Shown one piece after another: positions 1 to 9,181 of a stretch of DNA of 64,000 nt. Origin of the DNA: a virus (taxonomy: Duplodnaviria > Caudoviricetes); the IMG/VR virus record IMGVR_UViG_3300025401_000012. One strand, written 5' to 3'. The translations under genes were made by a program, and so were the position numbers. Numbering within the stretch: the stretch's first letter is position 1; the number at the start of each line of letters is the position of its first letter. The notes below the pieces were generated by a model. The model was not told where the DNA came from and did no database searches. It saw nothing but the letters and a program-made list of their open reading frames with translations.

Positions 1-1008
1 GTCACTGTCGCCTTTCTTTTGAGTAAACAATTGGCCTTTGTATTTAGGATCACGCCATTTAGCAGATTCTTCCATGTCTTCATAATCTTTAGGATCATGC
101 TCTTCATAGTGGTAGTACTCTAATGCTTCTTGATGGCTCCAACCGTATTTTCGCATTAAGTGTCTGATTTTTTTCTCTTCGTCGTCCTCGTGATGAGCGT
201 TTTCTTTTACATCTTTTTTAGACATTTTTTCGCTTTCACGACGAGCTTTGTCACTTAGGTTAGTTACTTTACCGCGCCCATCTTTCTTTTCAGCTTTTTT
301 CCAATCGCTTTCTTCTTTCCAACGAACAACATTACCGTGTTCATCTTTTTCTTCTGTACGCTCTTCTTTAATAGCATTATACATAGATTGTAGTTTTTCT
401 ACTAGATCTTCATTAACATGATAGTGATGACGAATCAAACTATTTGTTCCTGGAGCACGGGCTAAAGGACTTTCTCCACCTTTTGAATTCATATCGTCGC
501 CCTTTGTTGTTACGGCATCGATTCCATCGGTATGCGCACCAACATCTCCGTGAGCACTATTTGCCCATTGCTCATCATCATTTTGAACTTCTTCCATCTC
601 TTCATCAGGAGAATGAGATAGTGGACTTAGATCTTCTTCCTCTTCGTGATGAGCAGCAGCTTGCATCATATCGCCGATTAGTGGTTCTTCCTCATCGTTG
701 TCATGGTGTGATGGCTCATCGTGTTGTGCTGGATCAATATCACCTAACCCACCTTGTTCAATATTTTTTAATACACTCATTAGATCACGTATACCGCCTG
801 CGCCACTACCGTTCATGGTAACATTCATTGTAACGCTATCTTGTTGTTTTGGAGGTTCGTTATGCATCATTGGGCCACCAAGCATACCGCCCATAGGTCC
901 AATGATTTCAATACCTTCTTGGCTTGCAGGGCTGTCAGTATGCACTGGAGCAACTGGTGCGCCTTCTTCAATTGCACGTATTTTTTTGTAAATTTCTTCA
1001 AAGTTCAT
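1..1008 (-). CDS. Acidic/His-rich putative internal head protein; 3' end lies outside the window and the ORF is absent from the supplied track
   Basis: Manual translation from ATG at 1008 (AAGGGG RBS just upstream) is open to position 1: MNFEEIYKKIRAIEEGAPVAP...KGQLFTQKKGDSD. It contains several I/L/V-x-E motifs like T4 gp21 cleavage sites. Confidence 0.8.
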   Translation of the reverse strand, partial: MNFEEIYKKIRAIEEGAPVAPVHTDSPASQEGIEIIGPMGGMLGGPMMHNEPPKQQDSVTMNVTMNGSGAGGIRDLMSVLKNIEQGGLGDIDPAQHDEPSHHDNDEEEPLIGDMMQAAAHHEEEEDLSPLSHSPDEEMEEVQNDDEQWANSAHGDVGAHTDGIDAVTTKGDDMNSKGGESPLARAPGTNSLIRHHYHVNEDLVEKLQSMYNAIKEERTEEKDEHGNVVRWKEESDWKKAEKKDGRGKVTNLSDKARRESEKMSKKDVKENAHHEDDEEKKIRHLMRKYGWSHQEALEYYHYEEHDPKDYEDMEESAKWRDPKYKGQLFTQKKGDSD

Positions 1009-1011
1009 GAT

Positions 1012-1638
1012 TTACCCCTTAATTGGACTAGGTATTTTGTTTTGTTTTGTGCCAATAGGGCTAGCATGTGCTTTCTCTACTGTAGTCTGTTTTTCTTTGC
1101 GATATTCTTTAGCAACACCTGGAACACTGTCTGCTAGTATTGCATCATTAACACCTTTATATTGTGTTCCTTGATGCTTTTCTTTTCCTAATTCTTGCAA
1201 AAATTTCATTTTGTATTCATCGTTGACCAAGTTGCCGTTATTGCTAGGATCTTGTTCGGTTCCAACAAGCGCCTTATGTGTGCGCTCATCATGTTCATGA
1301 TTAATTTCATCTTCACGCTCTTCTGCTAAATTTTTAACTTTAATAGCACTTGCCGGCATACCTAAACTTGCGGCCAATTTATCATGAATTTGTTTGTTTG
1401 TTGCTGGATAATCTGTGGTAACGTCAAATACAGTCATGTTAACATTCTTGTGTTCTGGAAATTCTGTGTGACGTTCTTGGATAGGTGTACGTTTACCTGA
1501 ACTAACAGAAGTTGGATGAAATTGTGCAATGGCGGCTTTAATCAATGCACTACAATCAGTAGGGCAATCGCCAGCAATTTTTACTTTGAATTCGTAAATT
1601 TTCTTGCTTTCTGTTAAGTATTCTTTAAATGATTTCAT
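1012..1638 (-). CDS. Putative internal head protein with a capsid-targeting-like N-terminus
   Basis: N-terminus MKSFKEYLTE resembles the T4 internal-protein targeting peptide MKTYQEFIAE; late-promoter-like AATAAATA at 1657-1664. Confidence 0.55.
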   Translation of the reverse strand: MKSFKEYLTESKKIYEFKVKIAGDCPTDCSALIKAAIAQFHPTSVSSGKRTPIQERHTEFPEHKNVNMTVFDVTTDYPATNKQIHDKLAASLGMPASAIKVKNLAEEREDEINHEHDERTHKALVGTEQDPSNNGNLVNDEYKMKFLQELGKEKHQGTQYKGVNDAILADSVPGVAKEYRKEKQTTVEKAHASPIGTKQNKIPSPIKG

Positions 1639-1659
1639 AGTGTAATCCCAGTATTGTAT

Positions 1660-2139
1660 TTATTTCAAATTCTTTAATTTTTCTAATAAGCTGTTACGAT
1701 CTGTAATGATAACGCCGTCTCCTGAGATGTTAATGCCTTCGTCTGCTGTATTAGCATCTTGATCTAACTTTTGTTTTTTCAATTGTAAATCGATCATTTT
1801 GAGTTTTTTGTCAAGTTTTGCACTTTTAGCATCGATAGCATTTTTTAACATAGTACCTGCAACTTCAAATAATCGAGCACTATATCGTGCTTCAACATTC
1901 ATACCTAAATCCATTAAGTCTTCGTATGCATCTTTAGCTTTTTGTGCTAGCTCATCTAATTCATTGTCAGCTAAATCGCCTAAGCCTTTTACTTGCGGCA
2001 ATGCTGCGCTGATTTTGTCAAACTCGCTGATGTCTCGCAACAAAGGCGCAACTTCGGTTTTGGTTTGTTTCTTTTCTTCCTGTTTTACAATTTTTTTGCT
2101 TTCAGGCAGATTTAAAATTTCTTCAAGTTTTTTAGTCAT
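1660..2139 (-). CDS. Terminase small subunit, T4 gp16-like
   Basis: 159 aa, helical. ARLFEVAGTMLK...KMIDLQ and C-terminal VIITDRNSLLEKLK resemble the RAYEVAGQLIK and FVGSTxELQK motifs of T4-like gp16. Confidence 0.6.
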   Translation of the reverse strand: MTKKLEEILNLPESKKIVKQEEKKQTKTEVAPLLRDISEFDKISAALPQVKGLGDLADNELDELAQKAKDAYEDLMDLGMNVEARYSARLFEVAGTMLKNAIDAKSAKLDKKLKMIDLQLKKQKLDQDANTADEGINISGDGVIITDRNSLLEKLKNLK

Positions 2140-2153
2140 ACATTTACTTATGC

Positions 2154-2582
2154 TTATGTTTGGCTGAATATATCATTTTCGTTAAGAATACGAAATTTTA
2201 TGCCCTGCTGTTTGCACCATAAATTGGCACTAGCCCATTTGGCTTGATTTTTAACATATTGTGCTTGATTGTATTTGTTCTTGCCTACACGTTCCAAAAT
2301 AGTTTGACTTGCTGGTTTTATTTCAATTAGCTCCGTGTGTATTTTACTATTTTTATCTACGTATTGTATAAAAAAATCAGGTACATATACCGTTTGACGG
2401 TTGGTTAATGGATCTCTATAAGGAATTTGTATAGCTTCGCTAGCCCATTTTTGTACACCTGGATTGTTGTCACAGAAATTCATAAAACTCCATTCCCAGC
2501 TGGATCGATATGTTGGAATTTTGGTACCAACATATTTTTCAGGATGTTTCATGATAAACTTACCACGTGCAAATTTAGCCAT
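2154..2582 (-). CDS. gp4: Head completion nuclease (TnsA-like PD-(D/E)xK fold)
   Basis: GKF..KHPEKYVG...YRSSWE..FM.FCD.N..V..WASE...IPY..P......YVPDF...EIKP is the typical T4 gp4 pattern. Confidence 0.9.
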   Translation of the reverse strand: MAKFARGKFIMKHPEKYVGTKIPTYRSSWEWSFMNFCDNNPGVQKWASEAIQIPYRDPLTNRQTVYVPDFFIQYVDKNSKIHTELIEIKPASQTILERVGKNKYNQAQYVKNQAKWASANLWCKQQGIKFRILNENDIFSQT

Positions 2583-2583
2583 A

Positions 2584-2952
2584 TTATACTAAAATATTAC
2601 GTGCTTCATACGTATTTGTTACAGGCTGTGTTCTATAACCTAAAAAACTAGTACTATCCCTCGTACTGTTTAATACTTGAGCAACTACTTGACTTAATTG
2701 TATATCTGTTAATGTTTTTAAAGTATCAAGTAATTTAAATACAGGTACATTCTCTGATCGTGCTTGACTTAACATTATGATTGCTATACTATTAGAACTA
2801 TTTGTGTCAAACCCACGTTTTAAAAAGAAACCAGTCGTAGCATCTATTTCGTTAGCTGTAAAGCTGTGGGACTTGGCTAAGTTAGTTCCAAAAAATGTCT
2901 TAACACTGGCTTGACCAGATTGAGTTTGTTGTGGTAAATTAGATGGTGTCAT
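2584..2952 (-). CDS. Hypothetical protein in the tail operon
   Basis: 122-aa ORF tightly packed between its neighbours (1-3 nt gaps); no motif recognised. Confidence 0.7.
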   Translation of the reverse strand: MTPSNLPQQTQSGQASVKTFFGTNLAKSHSFTANEIDATTGFFLKRGFDTNSSNSIAIIMLSQARSENVPVFKLLDTLKTLTDIQLSQVVAQVLNSTRDSTSFLGYRTQPVTNTYEARNILV

Positions 2953-2955
2953 ATT

Positions 2956-4188
2956 TTAAAAGTCCCAAGCATCTCCGCTGTCGCCGGCCGGTTCATCTTC
3001 GGTAAGAGTATCTTCAGGATTTGGATCAGCTGTTGTATCGGTTTCGTCATCGCTAGTTTCTTGCGAAGTATTATCTGAATTTTCTTCGTTGCTTGGATCA
3101 TCTCCTTCTGTTGAATTTTCATCTTGGCTTGATCCTAGTGGATCGCCTCCTTGATCTTCATTAGTTAATACACTGTCAGAACCTTTAAGGCTAGGAAAAC
3201 TAATTCCGGATAGTCCACTAGCTAGTGCGCTTAATGCTCCTGTTGCTCCTAATACTCCTGCAATTCCTGCGCCGATAGCCAGGCCCGATGCTACAGCATT
3301 TATTCCGCTAGACTGTTGACTATTTTGATATGTATTTACTTGTGCAAGTGCATGCGATAATGCACCAGCAGCTAGTCCGGTAGTATCTATGCTAGAAACA
3401 AAACTAGCTTCGGAAGTACCAGCCGGAATTGATCCAGTCAGTGGACTAGGCGTAGTATCATAATGTGTAACTCCAAAACCTTCTGGACTGTCTGCTTGAA
3501 CAGAACCTACATCATAACTTACACTTTCGTATTGTAATTTCATGTCAAAATCACGTAAGGTATTTTGACTATAATCTAATTTATTATGATTCCAGCTAGT
3601 AATTAATGGATTATATAAATGATAGCACACATACTCATGGCGTGCCATTTGATAAATTTTAATATAATTAAAAAATGGATCAGTACTTCCTGCATCGAAT
3701 CCATAGTTCGCTGGAATACTACTGTAAGATTTTGTAGCATTTCTTGAATATGCACCTGGAATTGTCGACGTATTACTGTCTGCATAATAGTATGCAAAAT
3801 ATTCTTGCCATAACTGATTGATTAATCCCATGTTGTCATCATGAAATTTAACACTAAGTTCACCATAACTTACTTTTTGTTGTACTACTTTTTTTCTATT
3901 ATACTGATTCAGTATTTCAGTTTGAATGGTAAAACTAGGTAAATCGATGCTTTTGACTAGCATATTAATTTCCTGACCGTACGTACTTACTAGTTGACTA
4001 TTAGAAAGTGCTCTGGTATTAATTCCAAATGATACATGAAATAAAAAAGAATGTTTAGGTGCTAATCTAAACTGATCTACATTAAACAGTTTAGCCGCGT
4101 GTTGATAATCTCGTAAATTTACAAGATTGCCAGCTACTAGTCCAGGGTCGCCTGTCCAAGTTAAATTTGATTGAGGAGTAAAGGCCAT
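2956..4188 (-). CDS. Tail-tube-fold baseplate protein (gp54/gp48-like tube initiator) with an acidic C-terminal tail
   Basis: LVKSIDLPSFTIQTEILNQYNRK..VQQKVSYGELSVKFHDD is a gp19-family signature; gene lies directly downstream of the tube gene. Confidence 0.6.
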   Translation of the reverse strand: MAFTPQSNLTWTGDPGLVAGNLVNLRDYQHAAKLFNVDQFRLAPKHSFLFHVSFGINTRALSNSQLVSTYGQEINMLVKSIDLPSFTIQTEILNQYNRKKVVQQKVSYGELSVKFHDDNMGLINQLWQEYFAYYYADSNTSTIPGAYSRNATKSYSSIPANYGFDAGSTDPFFNYIKIYQMARHEYVCYHLYNPLITSWNHNKLDYSQNTLRDFDMKLQYESVSYDVGSVQADSPEGFGVTHYDTTPSPLTGSIPAGTSEASFVSSIDTTGLAAGALSHALAQVNTYQNSQQSSGINAVASGLAIGAGIAGVLGATGALSALASGLSGISFPSLKGSDSVLTNEDQGGDPLGSSQDENSTEGDDPSNEENSDNTSQETSDDETDTTADPNPEDTLTEDEPAGDSGDAWDF

Positions 4189-4238
4189 AACAATATTTAT
4201 CGAAATAATAAAGTACGCATTTAATGAAACGTTAAATT

Positions 4239-4260
4239 AAAACCCACCGAAGTGGGTTTT
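4239..4260 (-). terminator. Intrinsic terminator with UUCG tetraloop after the tail tube gene
   Basis: Minus strand AAAACCCAC-TTCG-GTGGGTTTT, perfect stem plus U-tract. Confidence 0.85.
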
Positions 4261-4265
4261 AATAA

Positions 4266-4904
4266 TTAAGAACCTAAAGCGTTGCCGCCGTTGCCTGGAC
4301 TATCTGTGTACTTGTAAACTGCTGTAGGTGAACCTAAAGCATTAACTGGTGTTACTTGTACTGCATTATCAAACTGTATACTAAGATCAATCATTACAGG
4401 ACCTTGATCGCTGTATTTTAAATCTTGATAGTTTGTTGAAACTAAGTAGCAACCGTAACATTCCCATGTTTCTAGTGATTGTGGTTGAGTTGTACCATTC
4501 GCGCCGTCGAGAATTTCGATACGCATTGTAAACTTATAATCACCAGCTGCCGCTGCTGAACTTTGTTCAAAGAAATCAAATTGTCGTTGATTTTGTGCGC
4601 CAACTAGTGTAGTAACTACGTTAGATGCATCATCACGCAATTTAATTGCAATAGGATCCCATGCTGGTTTACCAGCATAGTGAATAACTGAGTTATAAAT
4701 CTCAATTTTCTGATCTGCGAATTTAACACTTGGACGAGCCGCTTCTGCAACTTGTTTTGTTAGTTCTGTTGCACCACCGACACCAAAGTTTTCAAAAGTA
4801 ATTCTAAAACGATACTTCAATTTTGGCATCAACATACCTTGCGAGCTTGCGCTCTGGTCTGATGCTAGTGGTACTGTAAAATTTGATAGAGCTGCGATTG
4901 CCAT
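4266..4904 (-). CDS. gp19: Tail tube protein
   Basis: PKLKYRFRITF...QV.EAARPSV.F....I..YNS....AGKP.W.PI.I.LRDD motif; follows the sheath gene. Confidence 0.85.
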   Translation of the reverse strand: MAIAALSNFTVPLASDQSASSQGMLMPKLKYRFRITFENFGVGGATELTKQVAEAARPSVKFADQKIEIYNSVIHYAGKPAWDPIAIKLRDDASNVVTTLVGAQNQRQFDFFEQSSAAAAGDYKFTMRIEILDGANGTTQPQSLETWECYGCYLVSTNYQDLKYSDQGPVMIDLSIQFDNAVQVTPVNALGSPTAVYKYTDSPGNGGNALGS

Positions 4905-4918
4905 TTATATTCTCCTAA

Positions 4919-7900
4919 TTATTTGCCAAGACCTTTAATTGCACCAGTGTTCTCTAATCGCAATGGAATGTAAATAAATTCCACAGCTTTTACTGGTTCA
5001 ATAGCTATATCGACGTGTAGTTCACTTGCATCGATTCTGGCCGGTGTGTTGTTTGATGAATCACAAACAACTAAGAAGTCGTACAACGCTCTCTTAGATG
5101 TCAAATCAAGCATCAATTTTTCAATTTGTTGTTTGATCTCATTACGTGTGATTGCATCATTTGGTTCAAATATAAATGGTTTAGCAATTACATTTAACTG
5201 ATAACGTAGATAAATTACCAAACGTGCAACGTTAATACGATCTAAACTACTTGCTGCCAATTGACGTGTGTATTGTCCATAAGCAACTAGTCCTGTACCA
5301 GCAATGTATGTAATTGGATTAACATGTATTGCTGCTAGTGTATCACGCTGACCTTGGTTCAATGCTACTGTATAATATTGACCAGTGTCGCCTACAACAT
5401 AACCAACACTACTTGCATTAGTTACGCCACCGCGACGTACACCAGCTGGTGCAAACCATGGATAACTTACATTGTCACTTAAGGCAATTGTACGTAACAT
5501 GATATGGCTTGGAGGAACAACAATGTTGTTACCATGCAAATCTTGTGTTTCAGCCCATGGATAGTAAACAGCACTATAAGAACTATTTTCAATTAGGCCA
5601 ACATCGCCGTCGATTGTAGCACCTGCTGCATTATTACCCCAGTTGCTTAATGTAGTAGCACTTGGATTCAAACGTGCTGGAGCATCTGCAATAATAAATG
5701 CGCTTGTTCCATTGTCTGTATTTAGACCAACTAACGAGCTAACTGTTTCTAAATATCCAGGGCAACTTAATAAGTTGAAAATTACTGTATCAGGTTGACG
5801 AATATTTTGATTGCTTTGAATTGTAGCTTCTAGTGCTTGCAATACTACAGCACGTTGAGCTTTACGTCCAAATTGTCCTACACCAAATGAATCATTTGGA
5901 GCTGCACTTACCCAACGATCTGGATAGTAGTATGCCATCGATGCATTACCTAATAAACTATTTTGTCCAGATGCTGTGTTTATATAACCCGACACATATT
6001 TTTTAACATTGAATGAGCTACGACGTGTATTAAACAATAATGTACCTTTTGGATACAATGCTGGGCTTGGGCAATCAAAGTCTACAAAGTTGCTGGTTAA
6101 TAAACTAGCAATTGTATCTGGAGCGCCTGCACCAACATATGGTAAACCTAGTGATCCGTTAGTACTATTATCACTCCAACGTGCATCAGCAAACACAATA
6201 CCGTTACTATCAGTATGGTCTTGATTATTAACTAATACCCATGCTTGAGTTGTAAAGTTCCACTTGTATACGATAGGATAATTTTCAATATCGCCTGTAT
6301 AAATCCATAAATCGCCGTTGGCTAATGCACCACCTGTACTTTGTGTAGTAGGTTGTGTAGCACTAATGATAGGACCATTAATATCTGTAGTACCTTGTGT
6401 ACCTAACGGATTATTAATTGATTTACCGCCTTTGATAATTGTGCTGCCAACAGTGACGTCTAAACTACGATATCCAACCCAGCTAGTTCCGTTGTTGACC
6501 ATAATATCAACATCGCCTAAGTAGTTATCATACCAATATGTACCATTTGCGGGAGTAGTTGTTAATGGAGTAGCACTTGGTGTGGCAAATGCAGAGTTAC
6601 CCATCATTGTTCCCCATAGTGTAGCAATTGTTCCTGTGCCAGTTGGGTTTGAATAATAGTTAGTAGTTGAACCAGCTGAAAATATTTTGCTTAGTGTAGC
6701 TGCTGTACTAGCGCCGTCAACAAACACAATATCACCACCTTGGTTATGTGTTATTGTGATAGTGTTATTGCTGTTTAATGATACAGACACAGCACTTTGT
6801 CCAACTAGAGCTGCTTGGATGGCTGCTGTTAAATTTTGAGCATCGTTTGTAGCAATACCTAAACCTGTAAATGATACAGTTACAGGAGTAGTCAAATAGT
6901 GATACCATCCATCTGCATCTGCTGCACCTTTACTTAATGTAGTTTCTGAAATTGTAAAATTATAAGATGTACTTGCTGTAAATGTACTTGATGTAATTGG
7001 ACTACTTGTAATAGTAGTTGTTCCAGCCGCTGTACGATAATAAATTTTAAAATCTGCTAGTGTGTTTGAAGTAACTTCGCTATCATTAAATTTAACATAA
7101 GTTGCGTTCATTGCAAGGTTAATGCCACCGCCAGTTGGGTCAAGTGTTGCTAATGCTGTACCATTGTTTGGTAACAATTGTGTAGGAACAAGCACCCAAG
7201 ATTGTGTAGATGCTTGCCAAACTTTAATAACAAAATTTGCACCTAAGTTTACATTAGTTGTTTTGCACCATACGCTACCTGTTGGATATCCGTTAGCATA
7301 GCTAGGTTGATCGCCGATAGGATACTGTGGCACATTGTAGTGCGGAGCTGCTGTGTATATTGGAGCAAGATATGGTAATGAACTAAATCCAAGAATTGTT
7401 GCTGCTGTACCTGATAATGTTACTGTAGCACCTGTTGAATAAATGTTCAATGTTGTACCGCTTGCACCTGCTGTTACACCTGATAAGCCAACTGAGTTAA
7501 TTGCTGTTGCTAATGCTGCAACTGTGCTTACGCCTGATACGTTTACAGTACTTGAACCATTATTGATAGTCAATACACTGCCACCTGTAGTCATTGCAGT
7601 AGTTGTTACTAATTGGCTTGTGCTGACTGTATAACTTGTACCTGTTGTAGGAGTACCTGTTGCTGATTGGTTCAAAGTCCAAGTTGTGCCGCTACCTGAA
7701 ACAATGTATGTTCCAGCTGTTACACTAGTTCCTGTAATTGCCATACCAACACTGATTGTTCCACTAGTTAATGAACTAATATTTAAAGTTGTTGTACTAA
7801 TAGTACCAGTAAATGTTGCTGTGTTAACTGCTGTAATTTCTGTACCAGCAGCAACTGTGCCACCCGTTAAAACTTCGCCTGCTTGTAAAGTTCCGCCAGT

Positions 7901-8731
7901 AACAGTACCAGTAACAGTTAATATAGTACCAGCTCCTGGGCTTGCTGTACCATCACCGATTCGAGCCGCAGAAATACTTGTTCCTGTTGCTGTTAATGTT
8001 GGATTTGTTGCTGTACTAATTGCAGTTGGACGACTTGCTGTCCAGTTTGCACCACCAACTTCAACCCAACCTGGTTGTACAACACCATCAGTTGTACCTT
8101 TCTTGTAATATAATTTATTTAAAGTTGTTGTTGCTACTAGAGCATAACTGCCTGTTGATCCAAAACTAGCTAACGGAGCATTGCCCGCCATTCCGCCTAC
8201 TAACAAACTTGTATTAGTAATCACAGTAATTGTTTGTGCTGTGAATGTCTGGCCACCAGTTACAGTGGCTTGATTTGCGTTCCATTCAAAAATACCAAAC
8301 GATGTATCAGTAGTATCAAACCAATATGTACCATCTGCTGGAGCACCTGTTGGTATTACTGATGTACCAACAAGTTGTTTAGTGTCGATATCTGCACGTA
8401 CTACATATGCACGATTGCTCACACCTAAAAAGCTATAGGCTGCTTGTAGACCGTATTCGTTCAGTTCACCAGCGTTAACTGGATTGTTTTCTGCATCAGT
8501 TTGGAAATAAGGAATACCAAATGTATTTCCTAAATCTGCCTGACTTGTTAAAAGGTATACTAGACCTGCATTTGCTGGAATTGTTCCTGCTGCAATGCCG
8601 GTTCCAGCTGAATTCTGTTTGTTTGCTTGAGAAGCAACGATAATCAAAGGTACTGTGCCAGGAGCGCCGGGAGTATAAAAACTCTCGTCGATTACTGTTA
8701 CGCTTACGCCTGGTGAACTTAGTTGGGCCAT
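4919..8731 (-). CDS. gp18: Contractile tail sheath protein, enlarged by inserted domains (1270 aa)
   Basis: N-terminal LSSPGVSVTVIDES; C-terminal YPWFAPAGVRRG, LNQGQRDTL..IHVNPI, SSLDRINVARLVIYLR, FIFEPNDAITR, IAIEPVKAVEFIYIP. Confidence 0.95.
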   Translation of the reverse strand: MAQLSSPGVSVTVIDESFYTPGAPGTVPLIIVASQANKQNSAGTGIAAGTIPANAGLVYLLTSQADLGNTFGIPYFQTDAENNPVNAGELNEYGLQAAYSFLGVSNRAYVVRADIDTKQLVGTSVIPTGAPADGTYWFDTTDTSFGIFEWNANQATVTGGQTFTAQTITVITNTSLLVGGMAGNAPLASFGSTGSYALVATTTLNKLYYKKGTTDGVVQPGWVEVGGANWTASRPTAISTATNPTLTATGTSISAARIGDGTASPGAGTILTVTGTVTGGTLQAGEVLTGGTVAAGTEITAVNTATFTGTISTTTLNISSLTSGTISVGMAITGTSVTAGTYIVSGSGTTWTLNQSATGTPTTGTSYTVSTSQLVTTTAMTTGGSVLTINNGSSTVNVSGVSTVAALATAINSVGLSGVTAGASGTTLNIYSTGATVTLSGTAATILGFSSLPYLAPIYTAAPHYNVPQYPIGDQPSYANGYPTGSVWCKTTNVNLGANFVIKVWQASTQSWVLVPTQLLPNNGTALATLDPTGGGINLAMNATYVKFNDSEVTSNTLADFKIYYRTAAGTTTITSSPITSSTFTASTSYNFTISETTLSKGAADADGWYHYLTTPVTVSFTGLGIATNDAQNLTAAIQAALVGQSAVSVSLNSNNTITITHNQGGDIVFVDGASTAATLSKIFSAGSTTNYYSNPTGTGTIATLWGTMMGNSAFATPSATPLTTTPANGTYWYDNYLGDVDIMVNNGTSWVGYRSLDVTVGSTIIKGGKSINNPLGTQGTTDINGPIISATQPTTQSTGGALANGDLWIYTGDIENYPIVYKWNFTTQAWVLVNNQDHTDSNGIVFADARWSDNSTNGSLGLPYVGAGAPDTIASLLTSNFVDFDCPSPALYPKGTLLFNTRRSSFNVKKYVSGYINTASGQNSLLGNASMAYYYPDRWVSAAPNDSFGVGQFGRKAQRAVVLQALEATIQSNQNIRQPDTVIFNLLSCPGYLETVSSLVGLNTDNGTSAFIIADAPARLNPSATTLSNWGNNAAGATIDGDVGLIENSSYSAVYYPWAETQDLHGNNIVVPPSHIMLRTIALSDNVSYPWFAPAGVRRGGVTNASSVGYVVGDTGQYYTVALNQGQRDTLAAIHVNPITYIAGTGLVAYGQYTRQLAASSLDRINVARLVIYLRYQLNVIAKPFIFEPNDAITRNEIKQQIEKLMLDLTSKRALYDFLVVCDSSNNTPARIDASELHVDIAIEPVKAVEFIYIPLRLENTGAIKGLGK

Positions 8732-8764
8732 ATTAGAATCTCCATGTGAACATGTTCTGTAATG

Positions 8765-8772
8765 TATTTATA
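8765..8772 (-). promoter_or_regulatory. T4-type late promoter TATAAATA for the sheath/tube operon
   Basis: Exact T4 late consensus about 34 nt upstream of the gp18 ATG, with a GGAGA RBS between. Confidence 0.8.
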
Positions 8773-8845
8773 GCATTTTGAGTAAATGCACTAGTTATAC
8801 CCCACAGAAAAGGTCTAGAAAAGGCCAGGTTTAATTAAATAAAAT

Positions 8846-9181
8846 ATGAGACCATTATGTGGATGCGGATTACGCCCAACCGCCGTTAATTATAAAAAAA
8901 ACGGTAAAACATTTTATAGAAGTATGTGTAATGTCTGTTCTAAACATGGAGCAGCTGCTGGAGTGCCACGTTGGTATCGTTCAGGATATCGCATGAAAAA
9001 CTCATGCGATAAATGCGGATTTAAAAGTCCGCATAAAGAAGTATTTGCTGTATTTCATGTAGACGGCGATTTAAACAACTGCCGTTCCACTAACTTAAAA
9101 ACTGTATGTTCTAACTGCGCTCGAGTCCTACATAAAGAGAATGTTCGGTGGCGTCAGGGAGATCTTGTTCCGGACTTATAA
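8846..9181 (+). CDS. Small Zn-binding HNH-like protein, possibly degenerate
   Basis: CxC, CxxC and CxxC motifs plus FHVDGDLNNCRSTNLKTVCSNC, a variant of the HHxDG..N..NL..LC.NCH pattern. Confidence 0.7.
   Translation: MRPLCGCGLRPTAVNYKKNGKTFYRSMCNVCSKHGAAAGVPRWYRSGYRMKNSCDKCGFKSPHKEVFAVFHVDGDLNNCRSTNLKTVCSNCARVLHKENVRWRQGDLVPDL

Noticed and set aside
444-1137. Plus-strand ORFs 444-821, 698-991 and 841-1137
   Set aside because: Antisense shadows of the long minus-strand ORF starting at 1008, which has an RBS and phage-like composition.
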